A stretch of DNA of 64,000 bases from a virus (lineage: Duplodnaviria; Caudoviricetes). The notes below the pieces were generated by a model that saw only the letters and a program-made list of their open reading frames with translations, had not been told where the DNA came from and did no database searches. The stretch covers positions 560-64,559 of the IMG/VR virus record IMGVR_UViG_3300015262_000004; one strand, 5' to 3'. The position numbers and the translations under genes are program-made. This document shows positions 1 through 8,538 of the stretch, one piece after another. Positions within the stretch are counted from its first letter, which is position 1. Each line of letters starts with the position of its first letter.

Positions 1-1000
1 CGTTGATGAACCGGTCTGCGTACACCAGGCAGTTCTTCAAGTTGTTGTAGTCAGCGCGCACGGCCAGCATGGTCATCACAGCGTACTGACTGGCCGCGTC
101 CTCCGGCATACGTGCCGACTGCGGATCAATCAGGATCTCGTTGACGTCAGGTATCGACGTCCAGACCTTGCGGAACCCCATGAAGCCAGCCGCCGGGCCT
201 TTGCCCAGGAAGCCACCCAGCAGAGCCAGGAACGTGACGTCGTCCATCGCCGGGTTGTTGACCATGAGGTCATGCACCGCTTCCCAGGAACGCTCGGTAG
301 TGAACGCGAATTCCTTGGACTTCGAGGCCACTTTCTCGGCGTGGTTGTTCAACTGGTCAGGGGCGAACCGAACATAGGCGACAATGCTGTGGTCGATGCC
401 GTGAGCAATCGCCCATTCCACAAAGCTGTCGAGGTTAGATTCCACGTCGATGTGACACATCCGGTCGGCCAACGCGTCAGGCATCTTGAAGTATTGCCCG
501 CCGTCAGTGACGCGGTTACCCGCTGCGAAGGTGCCCCACCCGGACTTGAGTTTGAAGTCTTCGATGATCCCGTCCAGGGTGATCTGGTACGCCGTGGTCT
601 GCACAGACAGCGGCGCTGACGGGAGTTCTTCCAGCAACAGGATGCCGTGATCGGGCAGATCGGGGCGGCCTTCGTGGGCAAACCAGCTGGGTGGCAGCTT
701 GTCCATCGAGTTGGTTTCTTTGTTCTCCCGGGGCAGACCACCCACCTCTACCGGATCCATCTGCGACAGACGCAGGTCGAACAAACCGAAAGCCTGTCTC
801 ATGTTGCCGCCGGCTTTACGAAACGCCGCGATCTCATGCCGCATCAGTACGGGGCCAGTCAAGCCGAGCGCTGCCTTAATAACTTCGGCGGCCAGGTGGA
901 ATGCTGAGGATTTACCGATACCGGGTGCACCCCAGAACATGCCAGTTCTATTGGCGTTGTACAGGGCGACAATGATCGGGGTTAAGTCATTAACTTTCAT
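1..1000 (-). CDS. MoxR-like AAA+ ATPase (3' end outside window)
   Basis: My translation from ATG 1000 (RBS GGAGAG): MKVNDLTP...GAPGIGKS (Walker A)...ILLLEE (Walker B)...AAGN...DRM; frame open to the window edge, so absent from the ORF track. Confidence 0.85.
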   Translation of the reverse strand, partial: MKVNDLTPIIVALYNANRTGMFWGAPGIGKSSAFHLAAEVIKAALGLTGPVLMRHEIAAFRKAGGNMRQAFGLFDLRLSQMDPVEVGGLPRENKETNSMDKLPPSWFAHEGRPDLPDHGILLLEELPSAPLSVQTTAYQITLDGIIEDFKLKSGWGTFAAGNRVTDGGQYFKMPDALADRMCHIDVESNLDSFVEWAIAHGIDHSIVAYVRFAPDQLNNHAEKVASKSKEFAFTTERSWEAVHDLMVNNPAMDDVTFLALLGGFLGKGPAAGFMGFRKVWTSIPDVNEILIDPQSARMPEDAASQYAVMTMLAVRADYNNLKNCLVYADRFIN

Positions 1001-1025
1001 GGTGGTTCTCTCCAAACAGTGGTCA

Positions 1026-1042
1026 GTCCCTACTGTAGGGAC
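1026..1042. repeat. 17-bp palindrome copy 1 (GTCCCTACTGTAGGGAC)
   Basis: Exact palindrome, extends to 1023-1045, directly upstream of the AAA gene RBS. Confidence 0.95.
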
Positions 1043-1110
1043 TGAGGGTAGTTGCAGCGGGCGTTGCGGTGAAGCGTTTTGTTTCGGTGGGGATTTGCTT
1101 ATGTATAGTA

Positions 1111-1140
1111 ACTATACACTACTCCACAACAAGTTGTCAA
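1111..1140 (-). promoter_or_regulatory. sigma70-type promoter with overlapping operator
   Basis: TTGACA-18-TATAGT on minus strand; palindrome TGTATAGTAACTATACA at 1102-1118 covers the -10. Confidence 0.75.
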
Positions 1141-1145
1141 GTAAC

Positions 1146-1397
1146 TCAAGGGTTTAGGTGCAGCCAAACATGGGCGGTAAAGGGATCGGGGAATCTCAGT
1201 GGCTCTTGCAGCTGGGTGCCTCGGACCATGGTGAATCTCCAGTCATCTGAGAAGTCATCCGGGGGGAACATCACCGTCTCGATGAACGTATCTCCCACGC
1301 CTGGGTGCTGCATCCAGTAATAACCCAGCGTCTCGAACTGCCAACCCAGAGCGAGGATGTCGGCCCGTGGGTGACCCCTCTCTTTGGGTGTGCTCAT
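1146..1397 (-). CDS. small hypothetical protein, divergent member of the paralogue family
   Basis: LALGWQF near N-terminus, FPDPFTAHVWLHL at C-terminus; ATGA coupling. Confidence 0.65.
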   Translation of the reverse strand: MSTPKERGHPRADILALGWQFETLGYYWMQHPGVGDTFIETVMFPPDDFSDDWRFTMVRGTQLQEPLRFPDPFTAHVWLHLNP

Positions 1398-1666
1398 GTC
1401 TTGTCCTCCAGTGCAAACCAGACCATCGCCCCCAACGCGTCGTCGAAGGCCATCGGGCTATACAACGTCCAGACGCTGCGACCAGATTCCAGTTGGCTGG
1501 CTGCCTTCTGCACTACCTCTACGTTGATCACGAACCCGCGAAGCTGGAAGTCGTAGCGCACCTCATAAACGGCGCGCTTGGTCTGCCGATACCACGTCTC
1601 GTTGACCTGCGCCCGTTGGTTGCCGAACGGGTTGGGGCCTGGCTTCCAGCCGTCAAGTGGCGTCAC
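1394..1666 (-). CDS. small hypothetical protein, divergent member of the paralogue family
   Basis: C-terminal FDDALGAMVWFAL. Confidence 0.6.
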   Translation of the reverse strand: MTPLDGWKPGPNPFGNQRAQVNETWYRQTKRAVYEVRYDFQLRGFVINVEVVQKAASQLESGRSVWTLYSPMAFDDALGAMVWFALEDKT

Positions 1667-1670
1667 TGAT

Positions 1671-1742
1671 GCAACTTACGCAAGTTACATACGTTGCGTA
1701 ACTGACTTAACTTACACAACTTACTTACCTTCCTTAACTTGC
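1671..1742. repeat. parS-like array of 9-bp tandem units downstream of the par operon
   Basis: gcaacttac gcaagttac atacgttgc gtaactgac ttaacttac acaacttac ... in 9-bp phase. Confidence 0.75.
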
Positions 1743-2062
1743 GTAACCTCATTGCCGCTGACCTCAGCCAGCAGCGCGATCACCTGGTCTGCGTCCATGC
1801 GTTGCAAGGCTCTGACACCGGCGCGCACCACGTCGCTACGGCATACCTTGAAGGTGCGCGGAGCCAGTACGAGCTGGTCGATCTCGGCGTTCATCTCATC
1901 AGTCAGAGAGAAGGTGGTGCGCTTGAACACCGCAACCGACGGCTTTGCACCGACCGCGTAGTTCGTCGCGGCACCGGACGCGAAGGCCTTTATTTGATCC
2001 TCGGTCGCGTGCTGCTGTACCGACTTACCACCGGGCGCCAAGCCCCCTAATGATGCTTTCAT
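1721..2062 (-). CDS. small partition adaptor (type Ib centromere-binding, ribbon-helix-helix-like)
   Basis: Coupled to parA by ATGA; FKRTTFSL...IDQL...RSDVVRAGVRAL resembles an RHH fold. Confidence 0.7.
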   Translation of the reverse strand: MKASLGGLAPGGKSVQQHATEDQIKAFASGAATNYAVGAKPSVAVFKRTTFSLTDEMNAEIDQLVLAPRTFKVCRSDVVRAGVRALQRMDADQVIALLAEVSGNEVTQVKEGK

Positions 2063-2751
2063 GCTTGTGCTCCAACGCGTTGTAGTGCTGCGTGTATCGA
2101 TGGTTCATTTGCCCACAGCTCATGCACCATGGCCGTGGCATCCTCGATCGCCTTCGGGTCGGTGAATTCCCACACGCTCGAACCGTCTTCGTCCGCATCG
2201 TCGTATGCCTGGCGGTCGAACAACACGTTGTCGAGCGTGGGTATGCCCCAGGCCCTGATGGTGTCCTTCGCCGTGAGGATCCGCGATACACGGTTCGGCA
2301 GACTCGGGCACTGGTTCACCAGCGCGCGGACTTTCAGCCCCGGGTTGAGTGCCTGAGCCAGGTTCACCACCTCGACCACCTTCGGCAACGTCTTGAGGTC
2401 GCGGCGCTTCGGACGGAACGGCAATACCATGTAGTCCGCCACGGCCATGGAATGGCGCAGGGCAACCGAGTCGGATGCACCGACGTCGATAATGATGTGG
2501 TCATAGCGCTTCTTGAAATCGTTGAGCGGAGTGCTGATCTCACCACGCAAGATGGCGCACGGTACCGACACGCCTTTGCCGCCGGCTTCGATGAACGACA
2601 CCCGCTCGGCTGCCCAGTCGCTGCTGGTCAGCTGTGGATCCGCGTCGATTAACAGGACGTCGAAGCCCAGCATTCTCAGTATGACGGCCAGCGTCTGGGC
2701 TACGGTGCTCTTGCCCGTGCCTCCCTTGATGTTCCCGACTAAGAGGATCAT
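2059..2751 (-). CDS. parA: ParA partition ATPase
   Basis: Deviant Walker A KGGTGKST, LLIDADPQ, IIIDVG; 230 aa with no N-terminal HTH. Confidence 0.92.
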   Translation of the reverse strand: MILLVGNIKGGTGKSTVAQTLAVILRMLGFDVLLIDADPQLTSSDWAAERVSFIEAGGKGVSVPCAILRGEISTPLNDFKKRYDHIIIDVGASDSVALRHSMAVADYMVLPFRPKRRDLKTLPKVVEVVNLAQALNPGLKVRALVNQCPSLPNRVSRILTAKDTIRAWGIPTLDNVLFDRQAYDDADEDGSSVWEFTDPKAIEDATAMVHELWANEPSIHAALQRVGAQA

Positions 2752-2755
2752 GTGC

Positions 2756-2862
2756 GTACCTTGTGTAAGTTGCGTCAGTTGTGTCAGTTACATAAGTTAC
2801 GCACGTTATGTAACTTATGGCTGTGCTGTAGCTATACAAGTTACCTCACTTACATAAGCTGT
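2756..2862. repeat. parS/operator-like array of 9-bp units upstream of parA
   Basis: gtaagttgc gtcagttgt gtcagttac ataagttac gcacgttat gtaacttat ... acaagttac ctcacttac. Confidence 0.8.
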
Positions 2863-2869
2863 GCAATTA

Positions 2870-3127
2870 CTATACACGACCCCAACTGTGCAACTCGGCG
2901 TACACGTAGGCCTCGACCGGTGTCGCGAACCCGACCGGCGATCGCCAGGCGTAGTCGTTCGGAAACAGAGTGCGGAACGGCCGCCAGTCTCCAGCCAGGT
3001 GCATTGCCTCACTACCTTCCTCAGTGATCCGCGTGGCGCAGACGTCCAGGATGTGAAAGCCCCTCGACACCAGGTATTCCCGGTGCTCGGCCAACTGCTC
3101 TTTCGCGCGCTTCATTTCATTGGTCAT
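2870..3127 (-). CDS. paralogue-family protein
   Basis: LVSRGF...FATPVEAYVYAELHSWGR; start moved to ATG 3127. Confidence 0.8.
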   Translation of the reverse strand: MTNEMKRAKEQLAEHREYLVSRGFHILDVCATRITEEGSEAMHLAGDWRPFRTLFPNDYAWRSPVGFATPVEAYVYAELHSWGRV

Positions 3128-3411
3128 GATCGCCCCCAATTCTCCAACTCTGCGCACAGGTAGGCTCCAACAGGATCGTCGAACTGATCTGTCGATTGCC
3201 AGGCGCGAACAGAGGTGTCGATGCCGTTATAGGTGAAGGCGACCCAGCGCCCGGTATCCATCTCGAAGCCGACCACGTCCCAGCGCATGTCGGTGGGATG
3301 TCCAGAGGAGGCCATCCGCATCACCGTCCAGCCTAGGGGTGTTTGGAACCCGCGTTCTTTGAAGTAATCCCGGGTCAGCTCTAGTTGTGCAGTAGGGCGG
3401 TCGTCGTTCAT
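3124..3411 (-). CDS. paralogue-family protein
   Basis: FKERGF...FDDPVGAYLCAELENWGR. Confidence 0.85.
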   Translation of the reverse strand: MNDDRPTAQLELTRDYFKERGFQTPLGWTVMRMASSGHPTDMRWDVVGFEMDTGRWVAFTYNGIDTSVRAWQSTDQFDDPVGAYLCAELENWGRS

Positions 3412-3683
3412 GACCGACCCCAGTTCGATAGCTCTGCATGCAGGTAGGCCTCAATAGGATCGTCGAATGGCTCCGTCGATTCCCAAGGCCGCGTGTTGCC
3501 AACGATGGTGTAGGCAGTCCAGCGCCCGGTGTCCATCTCGACCCCGATCCCGTCCCAGTGGCTACCGTTGGGTATGTCCGTCCGCATCCGCAGTGTGGTA
3601 AGTCCCACCGGCACCATGAACCCGCGTTCTTCCAAGTATTCTCGCGCCTGTTCCAGCTGATCGACGGGGTGGATAGTGTTCAT
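3408..3683 (-). CDS. paralogue-family protein
   Basis: LEERGF...FDDPIEAYLHAELSNWGR; close paralogue of 3124-3411. Confidence 0.85.
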   Translation of the reverse strand: MNTIHPVDQLEQAREYLEERGFMVPVGLTTLRMRTDIPNGSHWDGIGVEMDTGRWTAYTIVGNTRPWESTEPFDDPIEAYLHAELSNWGRS

Positions 3684-3976
3684 CGCCGCCCCCAGTTCGA
3701 CAGCTCGGCCTGTACATAGCAAAGCGTGGGTGTATCTCGGGGAGGCCCCACAATGACCGTGGCGACCTCATCATGCACGACGCTGTGGACTCGGGCTGCG
3801 TGCCACATGATCACAGCCCCTGGTGCGCCGTCGATGACCGCAGCGCCCATGTCATAGGGGTTAACGTAAACGGGGGTGATGTGCAGCCCAAGGGAAGTGT
3901 TGGCAAACGTGTTGCCAATCACAGCGAACCCTCGCGCCGTCAAGAACTCCCGGTCTTGAACAGAGGCGATTGCCAT
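3680..3976 (-). CDS. paralogue-family protein
   Basis: LTARGF...DTPTLCYVQAELSNWGR; RBS GGAGAG. Confidence 0.8.
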   Translation of the reverse strand: MAIASVQDREFLTARGFAVIGNTFANTSLGLHITPVYVNPYDMGAAVIDGAPGAVIMWHAARVHSVVHDEVATVIVGPPRDTPTLCYVQAELSNWGRR

Positions 3977-3997
3977 AGGTGTCTCTCCAAGTGCGCC

Positions 3998-4014
3998 GTC
4001 CCTACTGTAGGGAC
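3998..4014. repeat. 17-bp palindrome copy 2
   Basis: Extends to a 27-bp palindrome at 3993-4019, before the RBS of 3680-3976. Confidence 0.95.
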
Positions 4015-4023
4015 GGCGCTTGG

Positions 4024-4257
4024 CTACATGGTATGACTGACCTGGCTACTTCGCACGAACCCGGTGCTGCACACCAGGTGCACCACACGTTGCTGCGGGG
4101 TCAGATATTGGGCGATCCGGTCGACCTCATCCGAACACGTCCGATCGACCGCTTGCTCTCCTCCCCAGGTGCGCACGATGCGCGCCGGACAGTCGGAGTA
4201 GGGCGGTTGATGGTTCTCGTGGAGGCACACATACATCGTCAGTGTTGTCAGGATCAT
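4024..4257 (-). CDS. small Cys-containing hypothetical protein
   Basis: ATG 4257 preceded by GGAGG. Confidence 0.55.
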   Translation of the reverse strand: MILTTLTMYVCLHENHQPPYSDCPARIVRTWGGEQAVDRTCSDEVDRIAQYLTPQQRVVHLVCSTGFVRSSQVSHTM

Positions 4258-4283
4258 CCGTCTTCCTCCTCCCAACCCATTGC

Positions 4284-4709
4284 TTACTCGGCGGGCGCGG
4301 GCGTTCTCCACGATATAACGGTGTCTTTACCGTACTGGCCGATCCACTCCTTTACTTCTTTTTTCAGGATGTTCGCAGCGCGAACCACCTCACCCGTGTG
4401 CGGGTTCTTGAAGGCGTACCAGACAGTGTTCGGGCCAGCCTTCTTTGACTTGCCGGGGATCAGGTTGCCGTGTTCGTCTCTCGGCCGGGTGACAGCCTTC
4501 TTACCCCGCACGACGATCTGAAAGCTCGGGTCGACAGTCTGCACGGCTTCGTGAATGGTCTTGCCGTGGGTCTTCAACAGCTCACGCAACTCGGACTCAA
4601 AGGCCAGCTCAGCCTTGAGTTGTGGGTTGGCTTGCAGCTCTTGAATCTCTTGTTCGAAAGCCTTCATCTGCGCTTGCAGCTCGCGCATTTTTACTAGGGG
4701 GTTCGTCAT
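4284..4709 (-). CDS. MvaT/MvaU-family (H-NS-like) nucleoid protein
   Basis: N-terminal coiled coil with LKAELAFESELRELL; C-terminal FKNPHTGEVV...KEW...YG...V.SW typical of Pseudomonas MvaT. Confidence 0.88.
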   Translation of the reverse strand: MTNPLVKMRELQAQMKAFEQEIQELQANPQLKAELAFESELRELLKTHGKTIHEAVQTVDPSFQIVVRGKKAVTRPRDEHGNLIPGKSKKAGPNTVWYAFKNPHTGEVVRAANILKKEVKEWIGQYGKDTVISWRTPAPAE

Positions 4710-4733
4710 GTCTGTCCTTAATCCAAGGTCTAG

Positions 4734-5180
4734 TTAAGCGGTGCGATGCGCGCGTGCCCTTGCCAAAGCTTTCTCGGCGATAGAGAGGTGATAGGGGCGG
4801 GTCGCATCGGTTGAGTCGTTCTCGGCGCTGATCAGAAACATGACCTCTAGGCCATCCTCCCGCGCACGCTTTTCCGCCTCCATAACGGCGGTGAAGCGCA
4901 TGATTGATTCGGTCTTATAAGACTGGTGAAACGGAGTGTCGTAGAGGGATCGTCGAACTGAGAACGTGACTGTTAAGCCGGGCGTTATCTCTATTCGAGT
5001 GTTGATATGTTTATCCAACGGGTTGTTGACGATCGGTTTAGGAACTTCCAGCCCTAACGCTCTACCCATCTCTTGCATCATGTGCCATTCAGCTAACTTT
5101 TCGGTTTGAGCTTTGGTTAATCGTGCCGACTTTAGTGCGGTGCTTTTCTTGTACGCATCTGACTTCGCAGTATTAGCCAT
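4734..5180 (-). CDS. hypothetical protein (lower GC)
   Basis: 148-aa ORF on the operon strand. Confidence 0.65.
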   Translation of the reverse strand: MANTAKSDAYKKSTALKSARLTKAQTEKLAEWHMMQEMGRALGLEVPKPIVNNPLDKHINTRIEITPGLTVTFSVRRSLYDTPFHQSYKTESIMRFTAVMEAEKRAREDGLEVMFLISAENDSTDATRPYHLSIAEKALARARAHRTA

Positions 5181-5264
5181 TTAGGTTCGTCCCAAAATTC
5201 CATGTCGTTACGCGCCGTAGCACTATATAACAGATGCCCGGGGTGCGGGCATCCACGGTACTTG

Positions 5265-5423
5265 TTAGCGACGGGCGAGTGACCCGCGCAACATGCGATC
5301 AATAGCTTTGGTGGTGAGGTACGCAGCAGAACGCTTGTACTCAGGGTGATGAGGCGTCATCTGTTGAACAGATCCTGTCTCATCGACCCAACAAAGAGGT
5401 GCCCAAGGCTTTAGCGCATTCAT
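5265..5423 (-). CDS. small hypothetical protein (52 aa)
   Basis: MNALKPWAPLCW...LARR; GGAGG RBS; ATGA-coupled to 5420-5548; below the ORF-track cutoff. Confidence 0.5.
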   Translation of the reverse strand: MNALKPWAPLCWVDETGSVQQMTPHHPEYKRSAAYLTTKAIDRMLRGSLARR

Positions 5424-5548
5424 TGGTAAGCCCTCCCACTCGGAAGCCCACCATGTCCACGCCCCTCCACCGTCACTGTAGACACATTAGCATTTAAGCA
5501 CACAGAGTTGTCACCCCCTAGTGCACAGGGAATACAAAAATTACCCAT
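5420..5548 (-). CDS. small hypothetical protein (42 aa) directly after the ribozyme
   Basis: ATG 5548 with TTGGAGAG RBS; MGNFCIPCALGG. Confidence 0.5.
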   Translation of the reverse strand: MGNFCIPCALGGDNSVCLNANVSTVTVEGRGHGGLPSGRAYQ

Positions 5549-5569
5549 CGGTTTTCTCTCCAAACAGTG

Positions 5570-5644
5570 TTGGCCTGACTCATCAGCGCAGGTAGGCCAT
5601 TGCCTGCGGACTCGGTCCCTACAGTAGGGACGGAGTTTCGTCAG
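5570..5644 (-). ncRNA. type II hammerhead ribozyme with pseudoknot (HHR-B)
   Basis: Minus strand: CUGAC-GAAA-CUCCGUCCCUAC U GUAGGGACCGAG-UC / CGCAGG CAAUGGCCUA CCUGCG-CUGAUGA-GUC AGGCCA; all core nucleotides present; predicted cut 5609/5608. Confidence 0.9.
5615..5631. repeat. 17-bp palindrome copy 3 (stem III of HHR-B)
   Basis: GTCCCTACAGTAGGGAC. Confidence 0.95.
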
Positions 5645-5853
5645 TAGGGTGTAACACCCCGGTACAACGCCCGGTGGATATGGCTCAAGCACACTTCACA
5701 GGCAACCAACTGGTCGCCGTGCCTCCCGTTCAAGGCAGCGTGGTCAATGCTCGTAAACGCGAACTCAGGCCGTTCAACCCGGCGATCGCACCAGGTCAAC
5801 ACGCTGTCCTCCGGCTGCAGCACGCACTTAACCCACTCGGGGCGATCCATCAT
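5641..5853 (-). CDS. small Cys/His protein, possible Zn-binding
   Basis: MMDRPEWVKC...WC...H...CEVC; stop codon lies in ribozyme stem II. Confidence 0.6.
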   Translation of the reverse strand: MMDRPEWVKCVLQPEDSVLTWCDRRVERPEFAFTSIDHAALNGRHGDQLVACEVCLSHIHRALYRGVTPY

Positions 5854-6140
5854 GTCCGCTTCTCCAATAGTTGCACCAACGCGTTGCAGACGGCCTGCAT
5901 TTTCCTGTGGTATGTCCTGGTCGCGGGCACTGCGCTGTGATCCACGAACCGGGGTATCAGACCGCGCTTCGTCAGTGCGGTGATCGCATCGGTCCGCGTC
6001 CAGCCCAGGTACTCCTTTAAACCCGGCGTGGTGTGTACAACCCAGTCGCCCAGCGTCCACAGATCGGACTCCCTCGGCCCAAACTCAAAGGTCACCGCAC
6101 GGTTGCCCTTGTTCCAGTCGATTCGCCACCTCATCTGCAC
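5850..6140 (-). CDS. hypothetical protein
   Basis: Coupled ORF in the leftward operon. Confidence 0.55.
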   Translation of the reverse strand: MQMRWRIDWNKGNRAVTFEFGPRESDLWTLGDWVVHTTPGLKEYLGWTRTDAITALTKRGLIPRFVDHSAVPATRTYHRKMQAVCNALVQLLEKRT

Positions 6141-6349
6141 GCTCTCTTGGTCATACGTTCGACCAGTAGGTTTAGTAGGCTGCGCCGGCTTTCGTCGACA
6201 CTCAAAGCGATCACGTTGTTGTTTCGAGGGCCACAGCTGAATGGCAATCCCAGCTTGACCAGCTCCGTAGCCACCAGCTCGGCAACGCGGGGCGGCAACA
6301 GCGCCATCGCGGGGCGGGGTGTGGCTTCCTTGCGTACGACCGTATCCAT
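6131..6349 (-). CDS. hypothetical protein
   Basis: ATG 6349 after GAGGGA. Confidence 0.55.
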   Translation of the reverse strand: MDTVVRKEATPRPAMALLPPRVAELVATELVKLGLPFSCGPRNNNVIALSVDESRRSLLNLLVERMTKRACR

Positions 6350-6363
6350 ACTGCGTCCCTCAG

Positions 6364-6756
6364 TTAGATGGGCTCTCCGTTGACGATGTCCACGGTTCCC
6401 CGCCACTCGTACCCTTGGCGCCCAGCCCAAGCACGGGCCAGCGTCTCGGCGACGTCGTCGCGAAAGGTGCCAACTGTGTACCGGACCTCAAACAGCTCGC
6501 CCGTGCTGCCGTCGACCTTACGGCGCACGTTCATGATCACCACCCGGTCGTAACTGGGTGGCGGGTCCGGTTTGTACATCGGCCCACGGCGGGCCTTGTC
6601 CCGATTGAACTGCGTGCGCTGCTGCTTGCGGCGCTTCTTGTCGGCGAGCTTCTGCTGCGCCTCGAACAGCGCCTGCGCCCGTTGTTTTATCGACCGCTCC
6701 AAGTCCTTAAAGCTCACTATCCCACTCCCGTTGGGCACAACGCGTTGTCGTGTCAT
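6364..6756 (-). CDS. basic hypothetical protein
   Basis: 130-aa ORF; C-terminal half faintly resembles 4734-5180. Confidence 0.6.
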   Translation of the reverse strand: MTRQRVVPNGSGIVSFKDLERSIKQRAQALFEAQQKLADKKRRKQQRTQFNRDKARRGPMYKPDPPPSYDRVVIMNVRRKVDGSTGELFEVRYTVGTFRDDVAETLARAWAGRQGYEWRGTVDIVNGEPI

Positions 6757-6807
6757 CTTTTTAGCGGTAGACGTGCGCTTTGTCCACTATAGCGGTGACC
6801 GTGTGTC

Positions 6808-7032
6808 TTAGCCCTCGGCGATCAGTTTGAGTTGCGGCAGGGTGACGCGCTCCAGCCAGAGCGGCCCGAATTGGTTGCGCAGCTGCTGCAACAGGTGCCC
6901 GGTTGTTGGGTCGTCCGGGTAGCTGGCCATCGTCCAGTTCATGTGCAGTTTCGTTTTCCACTGCGGGCCTTCACGCTCGGCGAACTTCACCAAGGCGGCG
7001 GCCTGCTCGGGGGTTGGGTTGCGATTTGGCAT
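6808..7032 (-). CDS. hypothetical protein
   Basis: MPNRNPTPEQAAAL...WK.KL...W...LQQLRNQFGPLWL; AAGGA RBS. Confidence 0.65.
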   Translation of the reverse strand: MPNRNPTPEQAAALVKFAEREGPQWKTKLHMNWTMASYPDDPTTGHLLQQLRNQFGPLWLERVTLPQLKLIAEG

Positions 7033-7036
7033 GGTG

Positions 7037-7246
7037 TCAGTCCTTCTCGCGGGTTTTGAGGAAGGCCAGCAGCAGCGTTTCAGCGTTGGCCATCGCCTCC
7101 AGCACGGGATAAAGATCATCCATGTTGTCGTCGCCTTTGATCTCCATGGCGCTGTAGATCGCTAGCACTTGCGTACGCACGACGTCCTGAGATTCCGCGA
7201 TGGCTTCCAGTTGCCTGCGTTGGACTTGCTTCAATGATTTGCTCAT
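7037..7246 (-). CDS. hypothetical protein
   Basis: ATGA-coupled small ORF. Confidence 0.6.
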   Translation of the reverse strand: MSKSLKQVQRRQLEAIAESQDVVRTQVLAIYSAMEIKGDDNMDDLYPVLEAMANAETLLLAFLKTREKD

Positions 7247-7470
7247 GGCTTCGCCCCGTTGTTGTAGTTGTCTACCAACACACGCACAGCCTCGGCAAGG
7301 TCTATGACCTCATTGAACAGGGCGTTGTAGTCGTTGCCAGTCGGGCTTACCGCGTTGTCGCCGGCGTGTTTCTTGTCGTTGAGGGTTTCGTCATGGGCCA
7401 GTAACCGCGCTTCGAGGCCGGCTACCAGATCGGCCACGGCGGCCAGAGTCTCGCTTGCTGATTGGGTCAT
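7243..7470 (-). CDS. hypothetical protein
   Basis: ATGA-coupled small ORF, AGGAG RBS. Confidence 0.6.
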   Translation of the reverse strand: MTQSASETLAAVADLVAGLEARLLAHDETLNDKKHAGDNAVSPTGNDYNALFNEVIDLAEAVRVLVDNYNNGAKP

Positions 7471-7658
7471 GGGTTCGCTCCTACAGGTTGTTTGGCCAGG
7501 TGCTTGAGGATGCGTTTCTTGGCAGCGTCATAACGCGCCTGAATTTCGTCCTGATCTTCCAGCCGCGCCGAACCAATAAAGCCCAGGTCGATCGCGGCCG
7601 CCTCGAATTCCTCAAGCGCTTCGAGTGCGTACTTGGATACCTTTTTGTCTTCGCTCAC
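7467..7658 (-). CDS. hypothetical protein
   Basis: GTGA-coupled small ORF, GGAGG RBS. Confidence 0.6.
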   Translation of the reverse strand: MSEDKKVSKYALEALEEFEAAAIDLGFIGSARLEDQDEIQARYDAAKKRILKHLAKQPVGANP

Positions 7659-8038
7659 AGCTCCTCCTCGAAGGTGGCCAGACCGTCAACCACCGGGCCA
7701 TCCCGGTCAAAGGCCAGCCAGTCGCAACGGTGCTCCTCGGCAAACAGCATCAGCGTGGACAGCGGGTCGTCCAGCTCATGGTTGGCCATGAACAGCTTGG
7801 TGCTTTCCGGGGCAAGGCAGACCCGGTACCCGTATTCGCTGATAGGGTCGACGATCAGGTACGGACCGACTTCGCAGGCCTCGGGGTCGATCTCAGTCGG
7901 CAGCGACAGGTCGGGGAACGCCGGGTTACAGCGGTTCTGCGCTTGCAGCCACTCAAGGTAAAGGGGCGGCAGGTGCGCCGTGCTGAGCATCAGCGTGCGC
8001 TGGATTTCCAGCCCCGCGTCGGGGTCGCTAAAGGACAT
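7655..8038 (-). CDS. DUF5983-like hypothetical protein
   Basis: LSTAHL...YGY...CDWLAFDRDGPVVDGLATF pattern (family recalled from memory). Confidence 0.6.
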   Translation of the reverse strand: MSFSDPDAGLEIQRTLMLSTAHLPPLYLEWLQAQNRCNPAFPDLSLPTEIDPEACEVGPYLIVDPISEYGYRVCLAPESTKLFMANHELDDPLSTLMLFAEEHRCDWLAFDRDGPVVDGLATFEEEL

Positions 8039-8519
8039 GTTTCATCTCCTCATCATTCAAGTCTGTGATGCAAGCAACGCTGAAATCGCCGTAATACTTG
8101 CCGCCGTAAAACAGCATGTCCTCGGCGAACGGAACCACTTCGACAGTGCCGTCAGCTTTGAACAACTGGACGCAGTTGGCCACGGCCAACGTGTTCTCAG
8201 GGACGGCCTCTGGCAGCTTGTCGTCGGTGTTGATGACCACCAACTTGGCGCGGATCTTAGGGCCATCAAAACCCCAGTCCTCCATGTCCTGATCCTTGTT
8301 GTCGCGACCGTGGTACAGGTGCAGATAGACGTCGCCACCCAGCACGCTGCGGGCCAGAGTGGTGCCACTCTGGGTGCCGTCGAACAGGCTGTCATGATCG
8401 GTGTGGAACATCCGCAGGTGGGAACCGTAGGTGATCGACAGGGAACATTCAGGCAGTAAACGCATCTCGGATTTAGTCCCGAGGCGGTTGTAGATGTCGC
8501 ATTCATCACGAGCGTTCAT
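8028..8519 (-). CDS. hypothetical protein, first gene after HHR-A
   Basis: ATG 8519 after CTGGAGAG; YLHLYHGR...DWGFDGP...YYGDFSV. Confidence 0.7.
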   Translation of the reverse strand: MNARDECDIYNRLGTKSEMRLLPECSLSITYGSHLRMFHTDHDSLFDGTQSGTTLARSVLGGDVYLHLYHGRDNKDQDMEDWGFDGPKIRAKLVVINTDDKLPEAVPENTLAVANCVQLFKADGTVEVVPFAEDMLFYGGKYYGDFSVACITDLNDEEMKHVL

Positions 8520-8538
8520 GGTTTCTCTCCAGACAGTG

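Noticed and set aside
1000-4020. Additional hammerheads at the other palindrome copies (1026, 3998; also 9531, 9883, 13247, 20134, 60263)
   Set aside because: No flanking GAAA and CUGANGA core was seen at these copies
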